Source: the human T2T-CHM13v2.0 reference genome, Homo sapiens. From it: a stretch of DNA of 64,000 bases. The notes beneath the pieces are model-generated. The model searched no databases, was not told where the DNA came from, and was given only the letters and a program-made list of their open reading frames with translations. The stretch lies in assembly GCF_009914755.1 (NCBI RefSeq), contig NC_060946.1; one strand, 5' to 3'. Every line of letters begins with the position of its first letter. The first letter of the stretch is position 1. This document shows, in pieces, positions 40,560 through 63,780 of the stretch. Made by a program: the position numbers and the translations under genes.

Positions 40560-41095
40560 AATGGAGTTGCCTGCAGGAAAGTCAACAACCTTTTTAAAGG
40601 TAAGTCAGATTTATCCTCTCCAATCCCTGGAGTGGCTCCCACCTCATTCTTTGGGAAACTGGTCTCAAAGGCCCCTGCTCCCACCCCCTTGACCTCTCTG
40701 AGCTCCTCCCCTATCACTCTCTGCTCTAGCCCCACAGTTGCCTTGTTCCTGGAACAGGCCTACCACATATCTACATAGGAACTCTGTTCTCACCTGCACG
40801 TTCTTCTCCCAGAGCCAGATAGCTTGCTCTCCTTCCAGTCTTTGGGCAAGTGTCACTCATTCCCTGGTCATTCTAGTAAAAACAGCCAGCTCCACACCTT
40901 TTCCCTGGCTGTAACTCCCTCCCCTGTTTTATCCCCTGCCTGGCCCCATACTTACTCCAAACAGACACATATATGCTACTTGTTTACTGTCTGTCTCTCC
41001 TCTGACTAAAATGTAAACTCCTTAAAGGGCAGAAACTGACTGTTCCTTGCTGTAATCCTCACGTCATCACACCGGAGTCTGTGTGAATGATTAAA
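40560..41095 (+). mobile_element. L2 3' fragment
   Basis: tcactctctgctctagcccca..ttgttcctggaacagg..tgtaaactccttaaagggcag..gtgaatga. Confidence 0.7.
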
Positions 41096-42604
41096 TGGTG
41101 TAAGAACTAGGCCTTAGAGAACTAGGCTAGAACTCACATATTCAGAGATGGTGCTGTGGGAGTGACATGAGAGAATTATAGAAAGTGAAAATAGAATATG
41201 ATCAACCTAAAAGCAGAGCTGGAGGATGCTGAAGACCTTGCCTGTAAAATCCCATGAGTCCGGTTCTAAGGGAAAGACCCAGCTTGAGTCCACATGAGAA
41301 CTGAGGAAAGACTTCAGAAAGTAAATATTGATTAGAGCAGAAGATGGCCAGTAACCCCAAATTCTAAAAGCTTGACCCATATCTTGAAATATCGTAAGTC
41401 TAAAACAGCTAGACAAGGGTCTACTTCCTTAAGCTTGATTATATAGTCATGTGACCCAAAACAATCGCTAAACATTCATGTGCAAATAATGTCAGAATCT
41501 AAAGGAAACTTCTCATCCTATTCAAAATGCCTCTGTTGCTTTGTTCCAGTGAATCTGCAGGGCAGTAGGTAATAGCTATTCAAATGGTGATGATGCTGCT
41601 TGACACTGTTCCAGCACTTCACATACACTAACTCATTTAATCCTCACAACACTAGCACGCTCCTTTTACAGATGAGGAAACAGAAGCAGAGTTCACAAAG
41701 CTCCTAGGCAGCAGGGCTGGGGGCAGGACATGTTTTTAACATTACATTGCCCAGAGGGTCTTCCACATGGTCAGTAAAAAATACCAGTTGTCCTGTCAGT
41801 TTGGCCTTGAAAGTGGGTAGCCACCCACAATAAATCTGTCCCTTCACTGCCACCCTCTTATAAGGACCTCCATACTGTTCCAGCTGGCTCTTCACCCGCT
41901 CCCCATCATTCTTAGAACTATCAAGAGCAATTCTGTCTACATGAGTATTAATTTTTTCCCCTTGTGATGTGCTCCTGCTCTACTCCTCAGTGCCAGTGGC
42001 CTTCTCTAGATAAAACAAGGCTGAATGGGGGCTAAATTGAACAAAAACATTAAAGCTAGCAGTTTAAACTAATGAAAAGCCTTCTCAAGAGATATTCTCT
42101 ATAAAAAGCTATGTTACATGTTGTTTAATTAATCCTTCTGGAAATAAAATCAGGCTTCTGAAGATCTGAGTGTATAAACAATGTTGCCACTTGCTCCATA
42201 TTCTTCCTAAATAGGAGCCACCAAGAGCTAAAGGCCACTTTAAACATCAGGGTATCAGGCCTGAGGCTGCCCTATCTCCAGACAGGGAAAACAGATACAG
42301 GAAGGACTCCTTCTTAGGTCTGTTCTCAGCCTTCCCCTGCAGATTCCCTGTCCTGTATGATACCCCTTTCCCTATTGTTATGGTTCTACTTTATGAAAAA
42401 GAAAAAAAAAAAATCCAAGGCCAAATACCTCCTGCAGGGTTCCAGTCATGCTAAATATTCTTAGTATACATGAAGCACCTGAGTAGGAGAAGGTGGTTGC
42501 CCAGGTTTATCTTTTTTAGGAATGCCAAGTAAACCAATTAAGAAAACCAACTAGCATATACCAACGACAGAAAATGTAAACCTGGAGCTATAAAATAAGT
42601 AATA

Positions 42605-43438
<834 letters not shown>

Positions 43439-43682
43439 CTAACTTTCTGAACAGTTTCAGAAGGGCTGTGGAGGTGTATTAGTGAGGTCCAGAACTCTGT
43501 GCCTAAACATTCCAGAGTCCATGTGCCGACCTCACAAACTCACTCATAACCAGCTGCAGACTTGTTCTCCCCATCCTATTAGAGGGCTGATGACCTTGCC
43601 CTCTTATAGAAAACCAACATTGGCTTTCTCTGTCCTTCTTCCTCCATATGTCCAACAACATCCCACTTCCCAATCCATTCTC

Positions 43683-43995
43683 TTTTTTGGAAAGAGAGTC
43701 TCACTCTGTTGCCCAGGCTGGAGTGCAGTGGCATGACCACAGGCTCACTGCGGCCTCAACTCCCAGCTCAGGCAATCCTCCTGCCTCAGCCTCCCAAGTA
43801 GCTGGGACCACAGGCATGGGACCCCTGGCTAATTTTTAAAAAATAATTGGGACTATGGCTAATTTTTATAATTTCTTAAAAATAGAGACAGAGTCTCACT
43901 GTGCTGTCCAGGCTGGTCTCAAACTCCTGGGCTCAAGCCATCCTGCTGTTTCAACCTCCCAAAGTGCTAGAATTCAGCCATTGTGCCTGGCCCCA
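43683..43995 (-). mobile_element. AluJ with a small internal duplication
   Basis: tggctaattttta occurs twice. Confidence 0.85.
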
Positions 43996-44084
43996 GCTAA
44001 TTTTTTCATCCTCTGTCATGATTTTCTGCTTATTCTCCTTCTTTGCCTTTAAATCCTCAAGACATTGACAATGATGCATCTAGT

Positions 44085-44962
44085 TATAGCCTGTGTAAGG
44101 GATATTCCCTGTTTGCCCCCACAGCCTCTCCTCACCCATCTCCACCCTACTCTATGCCCTAGAACGGACAATGGAAGGACAACTGACAGGCCCCACCACC
44201 CTTGCCTTCTGACCCAGTTTGGCTGGTAAGAGGCAGGAGAGGAGGAAAGTGAGAGGAACTTACTCTCCTGGCTCCCACCCCGAGGTTACTGAGGCTGGCT
44301 GAGACCCTCCACCAATGGCTGCAGCTCCATCGGGCAACCTCAACATATAGCCACTTTCTCCAAACTCCAGGAACCACTTCATCCTCTGCCCTTCAGGTCT
44401 AGAAGGCAGTAGGTAACAACTCCCTGCTACTGCTAGCACAGAAGACTTCACTTTCCTGTTGGCTTCCCCAAACCCTGCTCACCCTTTCCAGTCCCTTTAT
44501 TAATCTTCTGCATTGTTGTCAACTCAGCATCGTGACCACCCTCCTTCCAAGCTCTCCTCTGCAGATCAGAAGCTGAGAACTTCCGTTCCAGAACCCTTTA
44601 GCAGCATGGTTCTGGGTTAGAGTTTGCAATGAGAAGTGCAAGAGAGATTTAGAAGGCAAAATAAACGTAGAGGTTGATGATATTCCCTGGAGGTAGATGC
44701 AGCACACGTGGATTCATAGCGGCTTCCCCATGAGCTCACGAGAACCATTCACTATGACACTTCAGTATGAAATCATCAGGAACCTTCCCAATTCCAGTTC
44801 TTCCAGGGTTGGGTAAAGCCTTAATTCCTGTATCAAAACCATTCATACCGGAATAGACAACTTCTCTTTTCCTGAATGAACCCTGAATGATACAATTAAA
44901 CACTCCTTAAATTACCCAGTTTGAATGTGCCATCTGTTTTCTACTGGGACCCTGACTGATAA
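44085..44962. mobile_element. ERVL-type LTR (LTR33-like) with a nested ERVL-type LTR at 44504-44894
   Basis: Outer element ends tgtgccatctgtttt..ctgggaccctgactgata; inner ends aaccctgaatgataca and is flanked by ATTAA. Confidence 0.6.
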
Positions 44963-45217
44963 GAGTTCTTCTCATTCCTAGGATTTCAGAGTAGACTATT
45001 GCCACTTGGGGAATGAGAGACTTCTATTTCATGCACTATGACATAGAACAGGGACTAAAAATCCTCCCTCAACAAAACACTTAGAAATGTCAGACAAAAT
45101 GTATAGCCAAGTTGCAAGAAAGTAAGAAATGCCCAAAGTCCAAAATTGGATGAGATACTATGAAGAGAGTTGCAGGCAGGTGCTGGGCTCTGAATGCCAA
45201 GGATGTGGGGTCTATAG

Positions 45218-45540
<323 letters not shown>

Positions 45541-46373
45541 CCATATGGCAAAGGTTTTAATGACCATGCAGAGACAGAGCAAGGCCTCTGGCCCTCTAGA
45601 CAGATCAGTACTTAAGGACTCTGGACAGTGTCACTTGTGACTGTAATCATTTCTAAAAGACAACAAATGCATTTATTATTAGGCAGTAACTAACTCATTT
45701 TCAATGACAAAGATAAGGTTGTTCTTCCTCAACTGACCCAACTGCCTATTCTCAAAGAAAACCATGATCATCCCAAGCAAGAAGCTTTAGAATAACCCCA
45801 AACTGACCTTTCACTTTGACTCTGTATTTACCATGCTACCTCATCATGACACTACTCTCCTTCCTGTATTTGTCCTTTCCCATTCCATTCTCGTCACTGT
45901 CATTTTCATCTTTCTTGGGCTAGAATAACACCTGAAAAGTTCTCTTTCCCAGTACTTTCTTTTGCTTAACTGCCATTTTGACACCATCACACCCCCCCAT
46001 AGGCCCTGAAGCCCTGTGACATCTTCCCAACACAATTTCTGCTTCTCCCCACCCTCTCAAACAAGCCTGCTCAGCCCCCTTTGTGCCATCGGCCCACTCT
46101 CACCTTGGTCTCAACTTGGAGCCTTTTAAGCATCCCCAGGCCCATAAATTCCTTCTTGCCACATGAGATCATATGGTTCTTAAGAGCTCTTAGAATGTGT
46201 CCTGCTGTATCTTAAGAGCTCCTAAAATGTGTTATCCATGTGATTTTCTCTACAAATCTTCCTCTAAGCAGAGAATGTGTTGGCTTTACCTTGCTTAGTA
46301 AAAACAAACCAATTAAAGTATTTACCTTTAACCAGTATCTAAGGTATGTACCACTGATATAATAAAAATTGCT

Positions 46374-46668
<295 letters not shown>

Positions 46669-47670
46669 ATTGCCATTTATTTAGCAATCTATATATGTTA
46701 GTCACTGTGTGGTTTTACCTGTAACTCAATTAATGAATGAGGGGGAAAAATTAATGTAATTTTTTCCAAAAGTCCAAATTTTCCAAAAGTCACTCCTCTA
46801 GGACAAGTTGGAGCTGACATTCTGTAACTCCAATTCTTCTGATTCTAGAGCCCATAACCCTTTCTTTCACTGTACCACAAAATTAGGCAAGGAAGATCCA
46901 AATGCATATTTTTGAAAATCCTGACACACACTTGGGTCAGATCTCTAATAACTGTAGCTATCAATTATTGCCATGCCTCACACATGTGACACACTATCAG
47001 GTGCTTTACACAAATGTTAATGCATTTCATCCTTACCATGATCTAAGAAATGTTAGTAATCCTTTTTGTAAATGGAGACTCAGAAGTTAAACAAGCAAAA
47101 TATTCATGGTAAACAATGAGATAAGATATATAATATGCCCACTGCAAAACCCAGTCTGTATTTCCCAATCTGTGACATTGGGAAGCATTTTAGAAAGGAA
47201 TCTTGAGGAATCTTGCTAGAATTTAGTTGACTGCTTGTACCTAGATATATCTGTAACACCTGTATCGTTTGTTTTGTGTATGTGCAAATGTGGGATCTTC
47301 CTAAGTGTATCAAGCATAAAGATCTGCTCAGTGACTTAATATTTCATACTCTATGTCCTGTTTGCACATGGGCAGAGCCTATATTTTTCTCAGTGGCTAA
47401 AAGTTATCTTAGTGTAATAGGACTTCAGAATAAAATGAAGTGTAATGAAGGTGCTGGCTTCCTCCCTGACTTGGGAGATCAGAAGAGTCTGAAAGCAACT
47501 CAGAATTCGCAAGTCAGTTCCTTGTCTAGAAGGAAAGAAACCCACAAGAATGCTGCATATCTAAAAAGATTGCTTTCTGGGTGTCAAAACTCATATTAGC
47601 CATGTAAGCCATAAAAAATATCCACCTTGAATCATGACCAAATACATGCAGGCAAAAACTAGGGGGATAA

Positions 47671-47978
<308 letters not shown>

Positions 47979-48498
47979 TTTCCTAAAAAATTTAAAAGAT
48001 GATATCCCATCTGGTTAGGTTAGGCTAAAGCTGGTACAAAAAAAAAAAAAAAAAAAAAAAAAAGCACCATAAATGATTATGACTCTTGGAAAAGAAAACT
48101 GGTAATAAAACAGTCAACCAAACAAAAAAACAAAATACCAACATATTCACTCCAGTAATATGTATTAGAAGAAAAAACTGGCAACAACCTATTTGAAAAT
48201 TGATTAAACAAATTATGGTATATCCACTCAAAGAAATAGTACATAATCATTTTAAACAATTGCAAAGACTCTAGCACCATAGAAAATTACATAGTATCAG
48301 ATGAAAAGAGCAGCTCACGTAAACTTATACCTGTGCTATGATTATAACTATCTGAAAATGAGGCATTCATTTAGTCCCAGGCCAAAGGGAATAATGGAGA
48401 AAAAAGGAAAACTTCTGGACTATCCAAGATGGCAGTGTTGTGGAAGTATTTTTTCCCCTTTTCATTTCTATTTACATTAATTTTTGTGTAGGAAATAA

Positions 48499-48796
<298 letters not shown>

Positions 48797-48834
48797 AAAA
48801 TGTCATTAACCTCATTTAAAAATTACAACCCTTA

Positions 48835-49145
<311 letters not shown>

Positions 49146-49923
49146 TTACAACCCTTGAACTATCTCAACAGTATCAGAGCTTTATCTGTTCCTACTGACA
49201 GCAAAGTGCTGCTCTGCCCAAGGGAAAGAAATAGAGGCACAGGGGACCCCACAAGTCAGAAGCAGGAGGGAAGGGAGGAGCCTGCCAGACAGGACCTCTA
49301 CTTCAGGAAACCTGGTGCCAATGCCACACACAGGGTTGTTGGACACCACAGTGCCCAGGCAAGTGTGCACACAGGGTCACTAGCTCAAAATTATTTTTTG
49401 AGAATCAGGCCTAAAGTCAGCTGAATTCCAACCCACAGTCGGCAGGCCTATTATTAGGCATAATTTCAAACAGCCAAGAGGCTGCAAGCATCCTATATCC
49501 ACCACATGCTTCTGTAACTCTGCAAGGAGATGCTATAAATCTGCTCCTGAGCAGACCAAAGGCACCTGGGCCCTATCCTGGCCCCACCCCCACTCCATGG
49601 CTATCTGTCTTATTTTCACAGGGGCATCCCAAGATCACTTCAGATGACCACATATGTGAGCAGGATGGCCAAACAGTTCCCAAAAAGGGGGCAGGAGAAG
49701 GGTGGGAGCAGGACATCTCTGGGGCTAGCTAGAGGCTCCTGTGGGATTTTCTTAAATGCTGAGCGTAGGGGCTTCTGAGATGTCATTGAATATATTTTTT
49801 CATTCAAAGGTTGTATTAATACATAATTTCTAAACCTTCAGAGGCAAAAGGGAGGTAATTAGTGTTGCCACTTATAGGCTAAAAGGATGTTCCATTTTAT
49901 AATTCATTCAAATATAATTTTGA

Positions 49924-50789
49924 GGCCGGGCCTGGTGGCTCAAGCCTGTAATCCCAGCACTTCGGAAGGCTGAGGCAGGCAGATCACACCTGAGGTCAGA
50001 AGTTCAAGACCAGCCTGGCCAACATGGTGAAATGCTGTCTCTACTAAAAATACAAAAACTGGCCACATACGGTGGCGGAAACCTATAATCCCAGCTACTC
50101 AGGAGGCTGTGGCAGGAGAATCGCTTGAACACAGGAGGTGGAGGTTGCAGTGAGCCAAGATCACGCCACTGAACTCCATCCAGCGTGGGTGACAGAGTGA
50201 GATTCTGTCTCTTAAAAAGAAATAATAATAAAACAAACAAATACAATTCTGAATTAAAATTCAAAAGATATCAATGACCAATCCAAAGCAGAAGTGGGCA
50301 AAAGCTATATGAAAATTAGAGACTTCACTGAACAACCCAAAAAAGCTCAAAACAAAAGGAAAGAAACAAACTAGCAGAACAAATGGTATAGCTAGATAAA
50401 AAGGGCTAGTATTGTAAAGACGTTAAGTCTCCACATATTAGTTTATAAAATTCTAATAGGTTCCAGTCAAAATCTCAATAGGATATTAAAAAATAATTTT
50501 TAAGACTGGGCGTGGTGGCTCACGCCTGTAATCCCAGCACTTTGAGAGGCCAAGGCAGGCAGAACACACGAGGCCAGGAGTTCAAGACCAGCCTGGCCAT
50601 TACAGTGAAACCCCGTCTCTACTAAAAATACAAAAATTAGCTGGGCATGGTGGCACATGCCCGTAATCCTAGCTACTCGAGTGGCTGAGGCACAAGAATC
50701 ACTTGAACTCTGGAGGCTGCAGTGAGCTAAGATCGTTCCATTGCACTCCAGCCTGGGAGACAGAGCAACAGCCTCTCTCAAAAAAAAAT
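49924..50789 (+). mobile_element. Two + strand AluS (49924-50241, 50503-50789)
   Basis: Full dimers. Confidence 0.9.
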
Positions 50790-51400
50790 AGTAATTTTAA
50801 ATTACTTCAAATGTACAGAAAAGTGCAAAAATAGTTCAAAGGGCTCACATACCCTCTTTCAACGAGATTCTCCAACTGATGCTTTACCTCATTTGCTCCA
50901 TTATCTTTTCCTGACCCCTTTGAGAGCAGGCTGAAGGCATGAAGCTCCATTGTTGCTCAATACTCTAGTGCGTTATTTCCAAAAACAAGGACATTCTCCT
51001 CCATAACCAGCATACAAGCCTCCACATCAGGAAATCAACACTGATACTACACTCTCAATCCAATCCATAGACCCCATTTGAATTTTGTCAGCTGTCCCAA
51101 CAATGTCTTTCCTTTCTAGTCCAGGAGTCTACCCCAGAGCTACATCTCACCAGTGTCAATCAATCTGGAATAGTTCCCTTTTCTCTTCCTGACTTCCATG
51201 TCCCTGCCAGAGTACAGTCTTTTCATTTTGCAGGATAACCCTCAATCTGATCTGTATTTCCTCGTGACCGGACTCAGGTCATGCTTCCTTAGCGGCAATA
51301 CCAGACACATGGTGCTGTATTCTTCCCAGGACATTGCATAAGAAGAAGACTGATGGCAACCCATCCCACTACTGCTGATATTTACCACATTCACCTGGTC
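50790..51400 (-). mobile_element. L1MC/MD-like 3' fragment
   Basis: tacagaaaagtgcaaaaatagt..aaaaacaaggacattctcctccataacca. Confidence 0.6.
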
Positions 51401-51509
51401 AAGCTTATTAGAGATGTAGTGTCTCAGGCCCCACAGACCTACAGGATCAGATTCTGCATGTTAACAAGGTCACTAGCAAGTCACACATATGTTACTGTTT
51501 GTGAAGTAC

Positions 51510-52720
51510 CAGTGAAAGGTCTTATAAAAAGTAAGAGCCACATGGGGAAGTTCAGATTTTATTAGAAGCCTTTGGAGGGTTTTAAACTATAGAGTGGCAT
51601 GATCTGGTTTCAGTTCTTAAATGGCTCCTCTGGCTGTTTTGTGGAAAACAGACCAGGGGAGGGGCAAGGACAGAGCAGGGAATTAGTTAGTTGGTAGTCT
51701 GGTTAAGGGACGTTGGCTGCATGGGTGAATGTGGTGTTGATGGAGGTAGTGACACACAGTCAAAACGGACACAGTCTGAAGTCAGAGCCAACAGAAATTG
51801 CTAACGGATCAGAAGTGGACATGAGAGTCATAACAACAATGATAAACAGCAGCAGCCAACACTAGTTAAACACAAGCCATGTGCCAGCCACTGCTCCATG
51901 TCTTTTCAGGTGAAAATTCATTCAACTGTCACAATAATCCCAAGAGGTACAAGTGACAACCCCACTTTATTCAAATGAAGACAACATGGTAGAGAGAGGT
52001 TGTGTAGCTGCCCAAGGCCTCAGATCTGAGCTTAGGCAGTGACTGGGGAGCTTGTACTCCATTCACCATCCCTTACAGAACAACTGCAAACACTGCACCA
52101 TTTGTGAAGAGGAACGAGGCTGGTAAAGGGAATCAAGAGTGCTTTGCCAAACATGGCAACACGCGATTCCCATTGCACATCCACATGGAAACAGCAGGGA
52201 GACAGCCAATGCGACAGGATCTCCAAGGAAAGGTGGAGTAGAGATAAAAATGGGAAGGTCATTAGCACAGAGGTAGTATTTAAAGCCAACAGAGTAGATG
52301 AGATCACCCAGAGCAGTTTTTCAAACTGCAGGCTGTGAAATCAATTTAGTGGGTCATGAACAGCACTTAAAAAAAAATGAAATAGAGCAGAATGGAAAAT
52401 AACAGAGTCCACGGCTCATGAAGTATAAGAACCGTTTTGTGAAACTTTTGTTTCTGTTGTGTCTGTGTGCACAAGACGGTGTAGTGTGTTTGTACTTGTC
52501 CGGCATTTGGTATGGCTGAACAAAAAGATTTAAAACCACTGGTCTAGAGGCTAACTTGGAGTGACTGATCCCTGCAATCACTCTATCATTTAGAAGGTGG
52601 AGAAGAGGAAAAGAAGCCAGAAAAGGAGAGTGAAGAAGTAGGAAGGAGGAAAGGCAGTGGGGGGGTCCCAAGCAAATGTGACATGTTGGACATCCAACGT
52701 GCTGGTGAGAGTCATGCAGT
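51510..52720 (-). mobile_element. L2 remnant with nested MIR (~51840-52070) and hAT-Charlie MITE (~52313-52543)
   Basis: gagtggcatgatctgg..; cagtttttcaaactg..tcaatttagtgggtc..aaaccactg. Confidence 0.55.
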
Positions 52721-53686
52721 ATGATCACAGCAGAGATGTCCATAATTATGGAATGGCAAGGTAAGCACACAGCTGTGGGAGCAGAGGGGCACCTAACCTG
52801 TTTAAACTTAGCACAGAATAAAAAAGGGAAGGAGAGAGGTGATATTAGGATTTTATTTGAGATCTAAGTTTAAGGGAACGGCAGGATATCCAGTCTGTAA
52901 CTTCCATAAACAGCAAATATCCAATCATTCTTTTATTGTTGTTTTTAAGCATCTACTATGTGCTGGGCTGTTTACTAGACCTGGGAAAATAACTAGGACA
53001 CTGTTCTATCCTGAAAAGCCTCAAACTGCAAGAGAGTAACGCAGGTACAGTACAGTGAAGAGAGAGGGTCAGAAGATAGGGTGCGTAACAACAGGTTTGT
53101 TGAAGGCCACGGCAATTTTCCTTTCCAACCATACTGCTCACTATTGGCCAAACCCACCACTCCACACAGACCATGCGCTCCGACCTCTTGATTTGTGCTT
53201 GGCCTCTCCCCAAAACACTTTCCAAATCTGAGTCATTCCTCAAGGCCATTTGGCTTCCTCACTGAAGGCTTCAGGAAAACGGCTCAGCTTGGTGATCTTG
53301 CCTTCCCCAAACAGCTACAGCACTTCTTGTCCATACACCATTACCTGGTGGCTGTGTCCTTATTTCCCCACTTGGTATGAATGCCTTATCTCCCCAGCTG
53401 AGCCATGTATTGTTGAAGGCATGTAACAAACATGTCTCACATCTACAAGGTCCTCAAACAGCAGCCAAGCAAACACTTGTTGCTCTGCTACTAGACTTCC
53501 CTCCAATCCAGCTTGCATTTCAGCATCTTACTGAAAAAGATCTGATTAATTCACCCCCTATTTTAAAACCTTCACTGGCTCCCAATTATTAGTACAGCAC
53601 ATGCAGACTTGTCTTCCAGGTGTACCACACAGCTTTCCCTTCCCTGCCTCCCAAACACCTTAAAGTTGAAGCAACAGCAATAAAAA

Positions 53687-55895
<2,209 letters not shown>

Positions 55896-56047
55896 TACCA
55901 AAACAAAAAAAAAACAACGTACCACCAGCACCAAAGGTGCCAGAGATGAAAATTAGAAAGACGACTGATATTCATTCAACTGCTGACAACAGATGTTTTG
56001 GGGGTGGGATTACAGGGCATAGTCATCTTTCAGCAACTAGTTCGATC

Positions 56048-56324
56048 GGCCGGGCGCAGTGGCTCACGCCCGTAATCCCAGCACTTTGGGAGGTCGAGGC
56101 GGGCGGATCACGAGGTCAGGAGATCGAGACCATCCTGTCTAACACGGTGAAACCCCATCTCTACTAAAAAAAATACAAAAAAATTAGCACGGCGTGGTGG
56201 CGGGCACCTGTGGTCCCAGCAACCCGGGAGGCGGAGCTTGCAGTGAGCCTAGATCGTGCCACTGCGCTCCAGCCTGGGCAACAGAGCAAGACTCCGTCTC
56301 CAAAAAGAAAAAAAAAAAAAAAAA
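56048..56324 (+). mobile_element. AluY with a ~30-nt right-arm deletion
   Basis: gtcccagc|aacccgggaggcggagcttg junction. Confidence 0.9.
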
Positions 56325-56399
56325 CTAGTTTGACCAACATGCTAATTTTAAAACAAATAAAATTTAAAAGAAAACAATAATTGCAACTACTTTTATTGA

Positions 56400-56723
<324 letters not shown>

Positions 56724-58360
56724 GCAATGCAATATATTATAGTCTCATTTAATCTTAACTCTATTATGCAGTAACTAGCCATTCTGCAGATGAGGAAACA
56801 AAGGCTCAGAAAGTTTAGTAACTCTCATAAGGTTATACAGCCAGTCAGTGAGGAAGACAGGCTGGGACTAACAAGGAATGTGCCCTAACTTCTACTGTTC
56901 TTAGCAATGTTCTGTGTATTCCCAGCACACCCAGCAGGCACCTTCTGCACCTTTTCGTTTGTTCAGCCTGGTCCTTCTGCGTGAATAATACCAGCTTTGC
57001 TGACATACCACTCACCTTTCAAGTCCAGTGCAAATCGCACTTTTCCCTTAACACCTTCCTAGAACACAAGCCATGATAAGCATTACCAGAGTTATCTACC
57101 CTTCTATTTCCCCCACAGCGTGGGACCTTAGTTCTCTTACTGCCACGCACAGAGCAAGCAATCGAACACTGGGTGAATTAAGTTGACAATATAAATTCTC
57201 TTTCTGACAAATGTAAAGGTAACAGATGAAGACCAAAAGTTTTAATCTGTGAGGAAAATTAATACCAAGAAAGGGTTTCCATAATCCCTACCTGCATTCT
57301 CTGCTCTGAACCTCACCTCTCACTGAGGCATAAGGAAAGGCAGGTTAATTTTCACCTCTTCCAAAAAGTGGCTTTACATAATAAATCCCACTTCTGAAGA
57401 ATAAAAGCTACCTAACTTGTTATTAAAAATGTAAGCAATGAGAATAAAAAGGTTTCTTTAGAGTTTTTAAAATTACTTTCAATGCCTCTAGCCCTTGAAA
57501 GAAAGCACTTAAGTTTAGTACAAACAAAATGTAAAAACATGAAAACTTACTTTCCCTATACATAAACATGGAGACACAAAACCAGTGAAACAGACACGTT
57601 TAAAATTCAAAATGCTCTTAACTGACCACATCCTAATTTACGAGCAGAAGTCGAGTCCAAACAAAAACACACTGTAAAACAAAAGTGCTGGCTAACAACC
57701 TTAGAAAGAAAATATAGGAGGGGACAAACAGATTTTAATGTGTCCTTGGCCTTCCTGAGCAAAGCAATGAGAAATGCAGTCAACCAAAGCATTTAGACTT
57801 GATTTTACTGGACGTACCAACACCATAGGTCAACCTGTCAAATGAAGCAAAAAGCAGAACCGAGTTCTATGGGTTTAGTCCCCTCCAGATAAAAGCCAAT
57901 GAACCTTTTTACAGTTTATGGGGTCCTCTCCATATGGCTGGGGATGCAGGCATGGGAGGAATATTGTCTGGACGATTAATTCCTGTGAAATGAACACAGG
58001 AGTTAGGAGGAGCGGAGGTGAGTCAACACACTCTACACTTCCACGGTTGCCTCAAACTCACCACAATTCCAAAATACCAAGAAACAATGTGCTAGTTCTT
58101 GCTTTTTTTAAGTGTCCATAAGCTAAAAGTCCTTCTGAAGATTGAGCGTCCCACTTAAAAGCCCAAACCAAAAAATAGTTTGCAGGATTATTTCAAATAT
58201 ATTAAAAACATCAAAATGCTAACTCCAAACTAAGGTGAAATAGTTACATCTAAGTATCCAAGAAGAGCATCAAGAATTAGCAAATTAATTTAGGGTCAGA
58301 AAACCTAATAATTAGGGTCAGAAGAACAAAAAGATCATTTCGGTAGCATAAGAACTTTGT

Positions 58361-58844
<484 letters not shown>

Positions 58845-59410
58845 TCAACTGGGGACTTCTCTGATGTAATATCAGGGAGAAGAACAAGGGAACATTGGGT
58901 ATCAACTGGTGCACACCATCTCTCTCCTGAAGTGACAGAAAGAACATTGAGTAGTACTATCTTACCTAGAGTCAAACTAAATGACTTGAACAAAGAGACC
59001 AAGAAAAACATGTTTAGAAAATCATCTAGAAATAGGATTTTATTTTAGTAAGCGAAGTGAACAAAAAATACAATTTTATTTGTACATACAATTGCTTCCA
59101 CTATTAAATTTGTTTTCTATTGATTCTTCTGGGTCATCTGTTGGAAAAAGTACTACATTTAGAATTAAGAAATCTAAATACTTCCTAGTCTTGCCACTTG
59201 TTCTGTGACTTGGGCAAGTTATTTAACCCATATGTCTCACATTCTTCACCTGCAAAAGTGGAGTTAACCTACCTTGCCACCACACGGGAATGTCCCACAG
59301 TAAGTCTGCAAACAGCTAAGTACCATATAAATCAAAATTATCACTGTTAGAATTACCACCCTCTTTCCCTCTCTCAGGTAAAAACTTGAACCAATAATAA
59401 AATAAGTAAA

Positions 59411-59710
59411 AGACACCAGACATGGTGGCTCACGCCTATAATCCCAGCACTTTGGGAGGCCGAGGCAGGCAGATCACTTGAGGTCAGGAGTTCAAGATCA
59501 GCCTGGCCAACATGGTGAAACCCTGTCTCTACCAAAAATACAAAAATTAGCTGGGCATGGTGGCAGGCACCTGTAATCCGAGAATCACTTGCTTGTACAC
59601 CCAGGAAGCAGAGGTTGCAGTGAGCCGAGATCTCACCACTGCACACTCCAGCCTGGGTGACAGTGAGATTCCACTTCAAAAAAACAAACAAAAACAAAAA
59701 CAAAAAAACA
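59411..59710 (+). mobile_element. AluS with a small deletion
   Basis: TSD aagtaaaagaca. Confidence 0.9.
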
Positions 59711-60221
59711 AGTAAAAGACAACAAGGAAAAAAATGGAAAAGAGGTTATCAAACAAACAAAATAAACCCTAAAAAACACAATAAATAACTACTGATTGGT
59801 GTAACAGCACTCTGTGACAGGTAATTTTTGTCATTCTCGAGTTAGGAAAGATCCCACACCCTGGGATCTACAGTCCATTCATAGAAATCACAGCAGGGTT
59901 AAATCCTCATCAATCCTCTAATTCACAATGAAGAATGCCGACGGAGCGCATTCTTAATCTATATGGCAAGAACTACAAGCCACAGGACCAATCCCCACCC
60001 TCCCCACAGAGGGACAGTGGCCTGACAGTTGGAGCTCTACTTGGAGGCAGATGGCCTCTAAAGTGCAAGAGTTTTCCCTTCTTCCCTGACCACTGGCATG
60101 CAATTAGCAAACACCCTAACCCCAGTCATTCTGAAATAAGCCAATGGAGAGTCACCTGCAATCCTAAATTTTGAAAATAAAAAAGTCAAAGAGACACAAA
60201 CATTCTATGAAAAATCAGCCA

Positions 60222-63520
<3,299 letters not shown>

Positions 63521-63544
63521 TATTTCCAAAGCTTCTAGGTGGTA

Positions 63545-63780
63545 ATAATAATAGCTAAAATTTATCTAATCATTACTGTAAGTCTGGCAATGTTCTAAAA
63601 GCTTTAGTTATGAACTAATTTAACTGGCACAGCCACCCACGAGGTAGGTACAATTATTATTTCCATTTTCTAGACAACGAAACAGAGGCAGAATAGTCAT
63701 TTGCTTGACGTCACATTGCAAACAAGGGGCAGAGCTGGGATTCAAAAATCAGGCGACTGGCTGCAGAGATCATGCTCTAG
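63545..63780 (-). mobile_element. MIR
   Basis: gaggtaggtac..tttccattttctagacaacgaaacagaggca..agagctgggattcaaa. Confidence 0.7.
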
